A stretch of 63,351 nt of DNA, counting the filler, from Intoshia linei (Eukaryota; Animalia; Orthonectida), in NCBI GenBank assembly GCA_001642005.1. It is 11 parts of 11 records of this genome, joined end to end, with 100 filler letters (N's around TTAATTAATTAA, not from the genome) between each part and the next. Parts side by side here need not be neighbours in the genome. Positions count along the whole stretch, not along the records: positions 27,681 to 37,048 come from LWCA01001368.1; positions 37,149 to 46,108 come from LWCA01001399.1; positions 46,209 to 51,453 come from LWCA01001807.1; 8 more parts are not named here. One strand, 5' to 3'. Positions 35,501-47,495 of the stretch are shown here, piece after piece. The notes beneath the pieces are model-generated. The model saw only the letters and a program-made list of their open reading frames with translations, had not been told where the DNA came from and ran no database searches. The stretch's first letter is position 1, and every line of letters begins with the position of its first letter. The translations under genes and the position numbers were made by a program.

Positions 35501-35957
35501 TGTTCATAATATGTATATAATTATACTTACTATTTACAAATTAGAAATTAATTTAACACTAGAAAATATTAAATATTTTATTTTTTTTAATATTTTTCTA
35601 AATTTTTCAAAAAATATAAAAATATAGTGGAACCAATTTTTTTCTAATAATAATCTGAAAATAAGCTATGTAAAATGTATCATCATCTAAAAATATCTTT
35701 GATTTGCATTTTTATGTTATAGATTATAGATAGATTTGTTATATATTATATGTATGAATTTCATAAAAAATAAAATTGAAAAACCTTTAGTATTATTTAA
35801 CGGAAAACTATTCAGTTAATTCGGTTATACGACTGATTGTGATTGATAAACTAATGATAAATTAAATATTTAGAGTTTTATTAAAAAGATTGATGATTAT
35901 CATGAAAGATGGCTTGATGATAGTGAATTGCTACCAAAACCTCCGTGCCCCGTAGTG
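29589..35957 (+). CDS. deoxynucleoside kinase (dNK/TK2/dCK family); exons 29589-29667, 31620-31673, 31715-31804, 31946-32019, 32123-32211, 33581-33660, 35874-35957 (some boundaries +/- a few nt); start and stop exons unresolved
   Basis: P-loop IAIEGNIGCGKST, YEPVKYW, LMY, IERSLHS, DLIFYLR, lid RLINRNRPEE and YHERWL; exon phases are consistent. Confidence 0.9.
30069..31331. mobile_element. hAT non-autonomous element with nested Tc1-like remnant (about 30350-30800, minus) in dNK intron
   Basis: Ends GAGTGGTTCCCAAA and TTTGGGAACCAGTG, flanked by TTTTAAAG and TTTTAAAA. Inner decayed sequence has ETVHRF..RLKFSQE fragments. Confidence 0.55.
32690..32975 (-). pseudogene. hAT (ZBED5/SCAND3-like) transposase N-terminal remnant
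   Basis: ASYKIS..SHSIG..PLSDSSVSRRIDEIA..FCMQIDETT. Confidence 0.75.
34368..34570. repeat. foldback-like palindrome of ~30-bp modules
   Basis: Three TTTTACCAACC..AAG(G)AAAAATCCA modules followed by four inverted modules. Confidence 0.75.
34884..34959 (-). pseudogene. decayed tRNA-like sequence (pseudo-tRNA or SINE head)
   Basis: A-box TGGCAGAGTGG, B-box-like GGTTCAAAT and paired ends GATGTCTAA/TTGGACATC over 76 nt; T and anticodon stems are poor. Confidence 0.4.
35139..35454. repeat. diverged tandem duplication, two units of about 158 bp
   Basis: TAACTAAGATATAAATAATTT...CTTACAAGTGATTG occurs at 35139-35295 and 35296-35454. Confidence 0.85.
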
Positions 35958-36449
35958 GTATCATTTATTTATGCATTATTTATAACTATAGTTTATGTTG
36001 TATAATGCATACAAAAATTAACTTTACTGAAGTATCATCGTAAATAATTGAATACAATCTCAAAACAGTTTAATTAATTAGATGTATAATTTAACAATGT
36101 CGTAATGATTGAACTTTGTAACTTTAATTGTAGTACCTGTAGTGAGATGAGAAAAAACTATTAAAATAAATATTCAAGAACATGGATAAGATTTTAATAT
36201 TATAAATTAATCTAAACTTTATTCATTTTGAATCTAAGAATGTATGTTTGTTAAAGATTAGATTAAAGAATGTAAATGGTAGCTGGGTTATTACTGCTAC
36301 CCATAAAAAGATATATAAGGGTTTTTATTTATTGTTAAACCGAATCGTAGTTTTTATAGATCTCCGGGATTAAGAGGTTTTTGGTATATTTATTGTATGA
36401 TTCTTATTATTGTATGTAATTTTTTGAGTTTTATCATTTATCAATGTGT

Positions 36450-36890
36450 ATTTGTCCTAACTTTTAGAATTAATTGGATCATTTGACTCGTAATTCCTTT
36501 TTACACGGTTATTATTTGACAATTCATGTTTTTTTAATTTTTTGATGATACTTGAAAATTTTTGTGGTTTATTCAAATGGTGAACTTGAAGTTTTAGTTT
36601 TCTACCATATAGAATCTCGGAAGGGCTTATTCCATTTTTTGATGTTTGAGAATGGGGAAGGTTCATTAAGAACAGAGGCAATTCATCATCCCAGTCTGAG
36701 TTGCAATTTACTCTAATTTTGTGTCTACTTGTTCTGTTTGTTCGTTCAACTAATCCCGTTGAATTATGTTTGTATGGCTCAGTAGTCGTTTTTACAATTT
36801 CAAATTTGGAGCAAAGTTCTTGGAATACAGGGATTCAAATTGAGTTCCTTGATTGGTTCGAATTTCATCTGGAGGCCCATATCGTGAGAT
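36450..36890 (-). pseudogene. Gypsy integrase C-terminal remnant
   Basis: TEPYKHNSTGLVERTNRT..WDDELP..PHS..GISPSEILYGRKL. Confidence 0.75.
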
Positions 36891-37148
36891 GATTTTTCTG
36901 TAATATAAAATTAACCTTATATATAATTATATTATTACTAATTATATATAAGTTAATATATAAAAACCTATTTTGTCTTTTTGAATGTGATAATTAGAGT
37001 CGACAAATGCAATTTTTTATGGCACTAAAGTTACTAAACAACAAGAAGNNNNNNNNNNNNNNNNNNNNNNNNNNNNNNNNNNNNNNNNNNNNTTAATTAA
37101 TTAANNNNNNNNNNNNNNNNNNNNNNNNNNNNNNNNNNNNNNNNNNNN

Positions 37149-38070
37149 GTAATGAAGACATTTTTAATGCCGATGAAACGGGTTTATACTATAAAGCAAC
37201 CCAAGGCATACATTAGCTTTCAAAAACGAAAAAATTAGTGGAACTAAAATTGATAAACAAAAAATCACAATAATTTGTTGCGCTAATTTAAGTGGGACTG
37301 AAAAATTACCTCTTTTAATGATAGGGAAATCTAAAAATCCAAGGTGCTTTGCAGAATTTGATAAAAATAATTTTCAATTAATATATAGAAGCAACAAAAA
37401 AGCTTGGATGACAGCAATATTGTTTGAAGAGTGGCTGCACAGTATCGATCAAAAAGTTTCTAATGAAAACCGCAAAATATTGTTAGTAATTGACAACTGT
37501 ACGGCTCATTGCAAAACTTTAATCGAACCATTAAACTCTATAACACTTTTATTTCTTCCACCTAATACAACATGTGTTTTACAGCCAGGGATTATCAAAA
37601 ATCTAAAAGATTATTATAGATTAGAATTAATAACAATGATGTCAAAAAATATTTCTAGTGCAAAAAATATTAATGATATAAACATTTTTGATGCTGTAAT
37701 GCTGATAAGTAGGGCATGGCAAAGAGTAAAAACTGATACAATTAAAAATTGTTTTAGTAAAGCAAGGATGTTTGACTTAGAGTATACTAATTTGAACCAG
37801 GAAACGGTACTACCTGACATTACAGAATGGCATAATTTTCAGAGTTTTTATGAAATGGATATAGACTTTGATGAATATAGTCGGTCTGACAAAAATTTAA
37901 TTACGAGAAATAATGAGTTAAGTGTAGATAACATTATTAATGATACAAGTGAATCATCATATTCGTCAAATAATGATTGTACTGATACCTTTGACGCAAA
38001 AGATTGTTTGAGTAGATTAGACTATTTTAAACTCTCCTTACTAAAAAAACAGGATTATATCAAAAAATGA
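37149..38070 (+). mobile_element. Tigger/pogo DDE_1 transposase (TIGD-like), partial and degenerate
   Basis: IFNADETGL, IGKSKNPRCF, NKKAWMT, LLVIDNCTAH and FLPPNTTCVLQP; the following LD(Q) with the third catalytic Asp is missing. Confidence 0.9.
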
Positions 38071-38344
38071 AGGACTGTTTAAAATATCTTGAGGAAGGTT
38101 TATTAAATACGTAAAATTGTATAATTATTAAATTTTATTGATTATTTTATGTCTCGTCATCTGTATCAGATTCCATAATAGATTACAATTGAATTATTTA
38201 TTTGCATCACTAAGTCAATTTGAAATTTTAATTGAATATCATTGATTTTTTACGACTGTAAACATGTTTATTTTTATATTATTTTTTATATTATTTATCA
38301 CGCTTTATTTATCGCCAAAGTAAAAGTTTTATGAAAATTTTCAC

Positions 38345-38871
38345 TTGCGCTTAACGCGATTGCACTGTATATTAATTGACCGGTTTCAGAAACACCAAGA
38401 TATCTTTGACATTTGGCGTCATGCTACAAATTATTCACTTTTGCGTGAAAATGCAAGAAAGCCTTTAACAATTTTTTCAACCACTTATTGCTGCGAGTCT
38501 ACATTTTCTCACATGACCAAAATAAAATGTTCCTAACGAACCAATATCACAAACCTACACTTAGAAAAGAGTTTGATTTTGAAAACTAGCAAGTTTGAAC
38601 CAGACATTGACGATTTGGTAACAGCTAAAATTTAGCCTAAATACAAAAACAAGTTCAACAGTTCAAAATAAATTCAACTTTTCTGAGGAAATGATTTTTA
38701 ATCTTTTCATTGAACTGATTTTAAGAGCAACAATTATTTGTAAAATAAACATATGAAAGAAAAAGAATTTATGCAAATACATACAACAATTATTTTTATT
38801 TTTTGTTGTGGCTTCTAGAAATTTTCGCTAGACAGATTTGCCACCGATTGTTCAATCGTCGCCTACCCCTG
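38345..38871 (+). mobile_element. hAT 3' end (dimerisation domain remnant plus TIR)
   Basis: IFSTTYCCESTFSHM; TIR ..GCCTACCCCTG followed by ATCTAATT. Confidence 0.75.
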
Positions 38872-39027
38872 ATCTAATTGGTAATTTTCATGTAAACGAA
38901 AACGAATACCAAAATTTTTACAATTGTATTTCGTTGGAGACATGGAAGAACAGGCCAATTACCATCAGAGAGTAAGTGTAGCTTCTGATGGTAGCGTACG
39001 AACAGATCGTGAAATTTTCATGCAACC
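38872..39027 (+). pseudogene. Helitron Rep N-terminal fragment
   Basis: PKFLQLYFVGDMEEQ matches the PKFLQ(I/L)YF motif of Helitron RepHel proteins; cut by insertions on both sides. Confidence 0.6.
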
Positions 39028-39448
39028 AGAGGTGGGAACCGATTGATAAAAACCAGTTTTAGCGGTTTTCGGTTAATCGTTTCAATCATCCAACCACCGT
39101 TCAAATTCAAAAACGGTTTTTTACTGTTTTCGATTCGGTTTTTAAAAAATATAAATTTAACATTAATTAATTTTAAATAAAAATAAATTTAACATCATTT
39201 TATAATATTTTTCTATTATCGATACATTGCTCTTTTGAATTTGTAAATACAGTGGTTTCTGTTCAATATGAATACTGTATAATATGAAAGTAACAATTAC
39301 TCTAATTGCTATAACCAAATTTACATTAAGAAAGTTATTATTCAATTAAATAACGTGTTTAAAATAAACTTTAGGATTGTTATTTTAAATCGCTTTCCGT
39401 ATACTTCTAAGTTCTTACTATTTTAAACAATACCGGTATTTAAACTAA

Positions 39449-40100
39449 ATGGATAAACTTATAAGTCCTCCGCTTTACATCTTCAATGAAGACGGAAAAA
39501 CAAATAAATCAATAACTGAATGTATTACGCATTACAATACATACATGATATTCGTAAAAGCAGGTTTAAAGAATCCAATGACAGAACCTCAAAAAGTGTT
39601 GCTTATGAAACATTTAATAGGAGGAAAAGCACAAAACTGAAATTATTAACTGGGACAAACGAAATGGAACATTAGAAAGAATAAAATTTCTCAACACTCA
39701 AAGAGAAACCAATAAACCGACCAGTTCTTTTATAAATAGACTATTCCACCAAAGTGAAGTTTGTAATTTTGGAAATCGTAGAGAAGATAGAGTTACAGAT
39801 GCCATTATATATAGTTGTAAAAATTATCAATTGCAATCTAGTCTAATATCAGCTCATCACAAAGATTTGAAAGATGTCATCAATAAATGTAAAAATTTTG
39901 AAGTTTTACATTTCGATAATTATCATAATCAATTTCACGGAATGCCATTCGCACGACAATATACTAAAGTGAAAACAGAAGCAAAGATGGATATCAAAAA
40001 CAAGATTAACCTCAATGCTTTATTTTAGAAGAGTTACAGACAGTTAGAAGATTTTACAAGAATTATTTTCTTCAATGCCTCAATTAAGGGTGAAAACAAC
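39449..40100 (+). pseudogene. LTR-retrotransposon gag-like remnant
   Basis: QKVLLMKHLIGGKA..CNFGNRREDRVTDAII..L.DVINKC pattern; broken frames. Confidence 0.45.
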
Positions 40101-40289
40101 GAAAAGTCCGGTAAGATACAATTAACAAGACTGACTTTAAAAATCTCCCATTTATATGTAAAATTAATAATAAAAAAATTGGCGGCATTTGAGCAAAAAA
40201 GCATTTTGGCGGTTATTATCTTTTGCTATTACTTATGGATTTCCTGTAATCCAAATATTGTTTGTAAATATTCAAAACGAACAAAGAAT

Positions 40290-41360
40290 ATATTTTAAAG
40301 AATCAAACATTGAACAACAAATAAGCCCTAGATCTACGACACTTACGACATTTTGCTAAGTCTTTTCTACAATGAAATTCCAAAATATTATACATGGAAC
40401 CAAAAAGAATGGAAGAAAAGAAAAAGGGGGAAGAAAGTTAAAGGAACTGTCATGTTTTCTTCTGAAATGCTTGGAAGTGTTTATACAGTACACCCAAGAG
40501 ATAAATTCTATCTATGAATACTTTTATATCAAATTGGAGGGTCAACATACTTTAAAGATTTATTAAAAGTACATAATGTTTACTGCACTACGTTCAAAGA
40601 AGCATGTATGAAACGTGGTCTTATAGAAAATAACAGCCAGTGGCTACATTATTAGATGCAGCAATATGTCAATCGACGAAGAATATTCGCAACCATGTCT
40701 ATCATTTTAGTAATATGTTCGCCAGGTGACCCATGTCAATTGTGGGAAAACAATAAAGACGAACTTTCTCAAGAATTTATCTTTCAAATTGTAAATCAGA
40801 TAGAAATTAATAATGATGCAGCTTATAATATGGCTATCATTCCAATCGAAAACAATATATTAACAATGTGAGGACGATTATTGGAATCATATAATTTACC
40901 GGAGTGTAACAGAGAATCACCTAATATTAATTATGACTTCTTACGCGGAACCAATTATGATTTGGACAGTTTGCAAGTTCAGTTTAATATTAATTCCTCT
41001 AAATTGTTAGAGGATCAAAAAATAATATTTGAAAAAATACTACAAAATGTTAAACAAGCAAATGGTGATATATTTTATATAGATGCACCTGGATGCACTG
41101 AAAAAACTTCTCTTACAAATCTTATGTTATCAAAGGTAAGAATAAATAGAAAAATTAATTTGGCAGTAGCATCATATGGAATAGCTGCTACACTCTTACC
41201 TAGAGGAAGAACAGCTCACTCTGCGCTTAAATTGCCATTGAATATTGGTATAGTCGAAACTTCAACCTGCAATATACGTAAAAATTCTAATGCAGCTACT
41301 GTCTTCAAGGAATGTAAGTAAATTGTATAGGATGAATGTACAATGTCTCACAAGGCATCT
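40290..41360 (+). pseudogene. Helitron PIF1-like helicase remnant
   Basis: VYTVHPR..FYL..TFKEAC.KRGL, IFYIDAPG.TEKT, AVAS.GIAATLL..GRTAHS.LKLP and IV*DECTM. Confidence 0.9.
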
Positions 41361-42675
41361 ACAGTACATTATTGTAACCATCTCTTATTTTTTTTTTAAA
41401 TTTTAACAATGTGATTTTCTCAATGCACTCTTTTATAAAATATTAAAAGCTAACCAAGCCTGTTTAAAAAGTGTTAAAATGTTATATACCATCAGTTTTA
41501 ATATTCATCATTTCTACATCACCAAAAAGCACATCTAAAATTTTACAGTAAATATTTAATACAGATATATCACATGATAATACAAAATATCACATAGGAC
41601 TCACAACTTAAAATTCCTAGGTCATGTTATCGACGTTTCATGAATAAGGCGGATAAAAATAGCTAAATCTAAAGCCTTCAAAAAATATAAATCTATACCA
41701 AATCCTCTAAAGAAATTCAACCATTTTTATGTGTTGCCAATTATCATCAGACATTTGATACTAAACTTTGCAAAAATTATTGACTTACTTTACCAAGTAA
41801 CAAATTCGCTTTTCGAGCGTCTACTGTATCATGTCAATTAGAAGTGAATAATTAATTTAAAACGGTATAAGACAAAAAACAATATTGTTGATAAATAATT
41901 GGTAAAAATATGACTATGGATAGAGAACATATATTGAATTTAATCATCATACCGTCCACTGCAAATCCTTGAGCTTTTTGTATTAACCACGACAACTTTG
42001 AATCTGTACTTTTTTTTATAGGGCAGTTTATTCTTCTCATGTACTAAAATTAATTTTAATACATGTAATTCCTTTACAAATTATTGAATTATCAAAGCCG
42101 ATGTATCACATGATACATCACTTAATTTTGCATTATAAATACATGTTATTTAGGTGTCTTCCATTGACAATTATATAATTTAAATTACTTCATGATTACA
42201 AAATGTAACTGTTCAACTACCACTGTAATACATGCTATTTTACACTTTTCAAATTAAATCTCAGTTAATCATTTAAAATTAATATAACGGCGTCCGATGT
42301 TATAAAAAAATAATACAATTAATAAAAGAATTACATCATTGAATGCGGTTGTCCAGTCAAAATTTTTATTAATTAAATGCAGATAAACGTTATCGTCTCG
42401 ATCAATAAAACACAAAATATTTTCCAAAAAACAGACTAGGTGACGAAATTGATCTTTATCTAAATTAAAATAATACAATCCGTATTGATATAAAGGAGAC
42501 TATTTAAGTACTAAAACGAAACTTTAATGTGCCTACTAATACAATAGTTATTTAATTTACGAGTTAAGATTTTCCATTCTTTACTTTACCCAAGACGAGT
42601 TGATTAAGTTACACGAGTCTTTAAGTAAAGTAAAGTCCATGAGAAAATTCTTGACGAATATAGTAAATCTATTTA

Positions 42676-44034
42676 CTGTCAGTTTCATAATTACGTCAAC
42701 ACCTAGAAAATATTTATATATTTTATATTTTCATTAATTTATAAATAAAACTAATTTCATTTTAAGTATATCCATAATAACTTAAAATAATTAATACAAA
42801 AAGTCATGTTTTTGTTCATTTTTAAATTTATAACAATTGAAATAAAATACAATTAATTTCAAATTTATCAAATGGACGATTTAAAAGTATGTCAAAGTTA
42901 TTCTGTCACTAATCGATCTCGTCTATCTTTGGTGAACATATCCAAGCGATTAAAGTTTTGCACCAATCACGGAGGATGGTCTATGGGTGATTGGAAAAAT
43001 GTCATTTTCTCTGATGAATGCAATGTTGACATTAAACGGGGCCACATTCGCCCAAAAATATGGAGAAGAAAAAAGGAATCCTTGTCAGACTTCGTTGTTC
43101 GTGAGAATAACCGATTCTCAACAACGGTAATGATTTGGGTATGTATCTCAATGGAAAAAGAAAGTCGAGTAAAAATACTATCCGGAAAACTAAATTCTAT
43201 AGGATATAGAAACATCTTCAATTAGTCTCTAAAACCATTTTTTGAAGTCGGTGAATTTAGTAATCCAATATTTCAACCAGACGATGCACCTTGCCATAAA
43301 GCTCGCTTGGTATATTATATGAATACTTATTATAATTACGTTAAAGAAATAGTTTATTATATGGTTTTTATTAGATAATTGATTAGATGCAAGAAAACGG
43401 TATACAATTAATGAATTGACCGCCAAACAGCCCTGATCTTAACATCATAGAACACGTATGGCCCAGGCTCAAGGCAAGAATAAACGAAATATGCCGAAAA
43501 GTAAATACAATAGCTGAACTTAGCGATATTATAACCAGGAAATGGTCAATCATTGTAACGCCATATTTTATAAAAAAATTATATTTAAGTATTCCGAATC
43601 GGATCAAGGCTTGCCATTTGTCAAAGGGAAATCATACAAATTACTAATTATTTGATAATAAACGTTTTAGACTATGTTTTGATAGGTGTTAACATACTTA
43701 TGAATCGATTGTTAAACATTTTTTAACATTTAATTCTAAATTTACATGAAATTTTTAAATAACTTAATCAATTATTATACATCATAGCAATCGCAAAGTT
43801 TCATTTTATTAAATTATAAATGAATTTAGAATAAAAAATTTTTAATGTTGAAGTAATATTAGCCACATTACTTAAATTAAAATACGTTTTATTTAGACTT
43901 GAATCGATAGAAACACTGTAACTTAATATCGATCAACAAGTCTGAAAAATATATTTAAATTATTGATTAAAGTATTTTACACTATAATATTTGCATTTAC
44001 ATCTTTACAGTTGACGTAATTATGAAACTGACTA
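42676..44034 (+). mobile_element. Tc1-like DD34E transposon with both TIRs, TA TSD and an intron in the transposase; non-functional copy
   Basis: 23-bp perfect inverted match GTCAGTTTCATAATTACGTCAAC. WKNVIFSDE, FQPDDAPCH and SPDLNIIEHVW; GT-AG intron 43310-43374. Confidence 0.9.
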
Positions 44035-44489
44035 TATTTAGCAAATATGCATTTTGAAAAAATTCATTTATATTTGAAATAAACTAATTTTTCAAAATAA
44101 CTATAATGGTTTAATGATTTTCATTATCGTCAATCGAAAATGAATATATCATGATAAATTAAAAACGCAATTTTTGATTGAAAATCTGTATCAATTTAAA
44201 ATAAGTGGCATGAAAAATTTGTCGAATATACGAAGACAAATAATATCGAAGAGAATTTAAACTCAATCCTAACATATTTATACCATTTATATTAAGTCAT
44301 ATATCATTTATATATACCAAGCAGCTATTCGCCGGCAACTTTGTGGCAGACGAATATAAATATACTCTTCCTGAAATGACATCGGTTAATAACTCAAAAA
44401 TCAAAGTAGCGGGAACAAAAATTTTAAATTAACAATAATAATAATTCACGACTTCATGATATGATAAAAACAAGTCATGAATCACCTAT

Positions 44490-44715
44490 TAAATTAAATA
44501 ATTAACGACTTCCCCACAGACAAAGACTGGATGTAGAGGAAAAAATACAAAAAAAATTCAAATCCGGCGTGATTAATCACAGTGACAGTCCTTGGTCATT
44601 TCCCATTGTACCGATTACAAAATATGATGGAACCAATAGATTGTGTATAGATTATAGTAAGTTAAACAAAATCACTATAAAAAAATCTTACCACTTATCC
44701 AGAATAGAAATCTAA
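44490..44715 (+). pseudogene. Gypsy reverse transcriptase fragment
   Basis: GVINHSDSPWSFPIVPITKYDGTNRLCIDYSKLN. Confidence 0.85.
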
Positions 44716-44729
44716 AAAACTCCATTTTT

Positions 44730-45647
44730 GTAACTTAACATGTCGGGACTACATAAATATCAATAGAGAAATGCGAAATCATCCTCCAAACCTCATAAGA
44801 AATATTTTCAGCTGTTGCAATAGAAAGTGTATCCAAAACATCTCGTTGTAAAATAGAAAAACGTTTAAAGTGGGCTCTGTCATATATGAAAACTGATTTC
44901 TCGATTGTAATATTCACAGATAAAATGAGAGCCACGTTAGACGGATCAGATGGTTGTTCTCGAGGTTGGGTATGTGACTCAATGCAAATGCCTGTGCAGA
45001 TGAAAAGACAAATGGGTGGTGGTGGCATTATGATCTGGGCAGGTATCTGTAATGGTTTATTAATTGGCCCTATATTAATCAAATATGGTATAAAGATTAA
45101 TTCCCTACAGTATAAACTATTATAGGAAAAAGGCTTATTTAAATGGATCGGAAACGAAGAAAAATTTAAGCGTCAAAATTTTGTAGTTAAACAAGATAAT
45201 GCCCCGTCTCACTCATCTGCATTAAAGAAAGAATTTATATCAAAAATAAAGGAATTCATGGTGATAAATTGATGATTTGGTCATATTTATACCGCCTTAT
45301 TCCCCTGATCTCAATTGCATCGACAATTTCTGGTCAATTATCATACGGTAATATTTATTTTTTTAAGATTAATTAATAAATAATTGTTTATTTTAGACGT
45401 ATATATTCTGGTGGTCATCAATTTCAATGATAAAATGATTTATGGCACAAAATTAAAATTGTCAGTAGTGAAGTAACAGAAGCTGAAATAAAGAAACTTA
45501 CAAGTTCAATGGATAACAGATTAATCAAATTGTTGGAGAAACAAGGTGGTCACATATCTATGTAGTAATTAAAAATATTTTTTATCAATTAAAATCAATA
45601 AAAAAAATCACTTTTAATAAATGTTCTAATAACTGGACGGTTGAGTG
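44730..45647 (+). mobile_element. Tc1 DD37E (TRT-like) transposon, 5'-truncated, with intron
   Basis: VIFTD.MRATLDGSDG, GGGGIMIWAGI, QDNAPSH and SPDLNCID. Intron 45348-45396 joins WSIIIR|RIYSGG. End GGACGGTTGAGTG-TA. Confidence 0.85.
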
Positions 45648-46208
45648 TAGTTTCTATAGCTTCCATAAAAATAAATGCATACCAAGTTAATTGACTATTA
45701 AAATATCGCAGGGGATTTATTATCGTTCATTAACCGCGTTTTTTAACCCTTTTACTGTCTAAATAAATTTTATGATTCTCACCACACGTCGACAATTCAA
45801 TTTGAATTTATGCCATTTAAAATGATCTAATATAAAAATATCACTAATGTTACATTAATTTATAAATTTTTATTGCTCAAAAGGAATGTGACATAATACA
45901 CATGGTATTACGTGTAATTTCTAATAAAAAATTTCAATTCGAATTGTGTTTTCTATATTTTACCAAATCATCAATATTGGAACCACCACATACAAACTAT
46001 GGAAATATTCAATGAAAATATACAAGAATGGTACAAAAAAGTAAACCCAAAATCTCCGTTTCAATTCACTGGTAACTTTGTACTACAAAAGCGCATCGAT
46101 AGAGAACCNNNNNNNNNNNNNNNNNNNNNNNNNNNNNNNNNNNNNNNNNNNNTTAATTAATTAANNNNNNNNNNNNNNNNNNNNNNNNNNNNNNNNNNNN
46201 NNNNNNNN

Positions 46209-47123
46209 AATGAAATTCTACTTTTTTTGGAAAAATCAAATCATTATTTGCAGGAAAATTTTAAAAATGTTATTTGGTATCTTCCCTGGCTTTTATGGTT
46301 GATATTTTTGAAATATTAAATTTCTTAAACTTATCTCTCCAGGGAAAAGGCATTACAGTAATTAATTGGAATGAAAAATTAAAAGCTTTCCAGATGAAAG
46401 TTCAATTATGGATAAAGAAAATATATCAACGTAATTTTTCCTGTATTTAATTCATATCTAGATGACATGAGCATAGTTTTTACAACAGAAAGTCCTTTGG
46501 ACAATTAAATAATATCTTCTTTCTCTTAAAAATGAAATCATTCACTACTTCCCAACTCTTAATGATACAGATGTATATAATTCCCTTATAAGAGATCCAT
46601 TTATATTTGATTTTGAACAGTTACCAGTGAAAGAATTAGTATTCCAGGAAGAATTCAATAAAATAACATTTCCTAAAAGTACGATAACTGAATTTTGGAT
46701 AGCTATGGCACAATCATATCCAAACCTTCCTAAAATGATTTTGAAAGTACTTATGCCGTTTCCAACAACCTATGAATGTGAAACGTCATTTTCAACACTC
46801 GTACAAATAAAAATAAAATCTAGAAACAGACTATGTCAGTGATGATTTAAGATGTGCTTTATCCAAAACAGAACCAAGAATAGTTAAAATAATTGAATAA
46901 ACAAGAATAAAATAATAGAATAATTGTCAAAAATAAAACAAAAACATCCTTCACATTAGTTTAATAAAATTTAATTTGAATTAATAATGTTTGTGGGAGC
47001 TACGGCTCAGAATATATCAATATAACATTTTTTTCGACATGTTTTATTTGGGGGTCCGCGAGCAAAATTAAAATTAAAAATGAACCAAAATATCAAAAAA
47101 TTTAAAAAGTTTGAGAACCCCTG
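46209..47123 (+). mobile_element. Buster-type hAT 3' half (ZBED8/SCAND3-like) with right TIR
   Basis: LNLSLQGK and EFW..YP.L..LMPFPTTYECETSFSTL..IK.KSRNRL; TIR AAAAGTTTGAGAACCCCTG followed by ACCTAAAA. Confidence 0.88.
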
Positions 47124-47495
47124 ACCTAAAAGAAAAAAATCTGCTTAATGCTTAAAATGTAGATCGTGATGAATAGGCCAGTTTTTTAATAACCTATATA
47201 AATTAAAAAAATAACCTAACCTCTAATTGTTATTAACTTTCTTAACTTTTATAAAATGTTTTTACATGACTACCCCTGCAGAAACAAACAATTTATAGAC
47301 AAGTTTTATAAATAAAAATTTAAAAATGAATCAGGCGAACATTAGAGTTTGACGCTATATGAAATGCAAATGTACACATTTTTTAAATATAACATGAATA
47401 GGCGTAGTGAGTTAAATATTTAAAAAAGTTAATGTAATATGATCCCTGATTCTTGAATAAGTGTGACACCCTACTGATTATAATGATATGACTAC

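Noticed and set aside
38960-38994. TACCATCAGA...TCTGATGGTA hairpin as ncRNA or hammerhead ribozyme
   Set aside because: It lies in a Helitron coding remnant and the core is CUGAUGG, not CUGANGA.
41320-43420. Stop codons at conserved Trp positions in TEs (possible alternative genetic code)
   Set aside because: Both TAG and TGA occur, host genes use TGG for Trp, and the elements are frameshifted; this is ordinary G-to-A decay.
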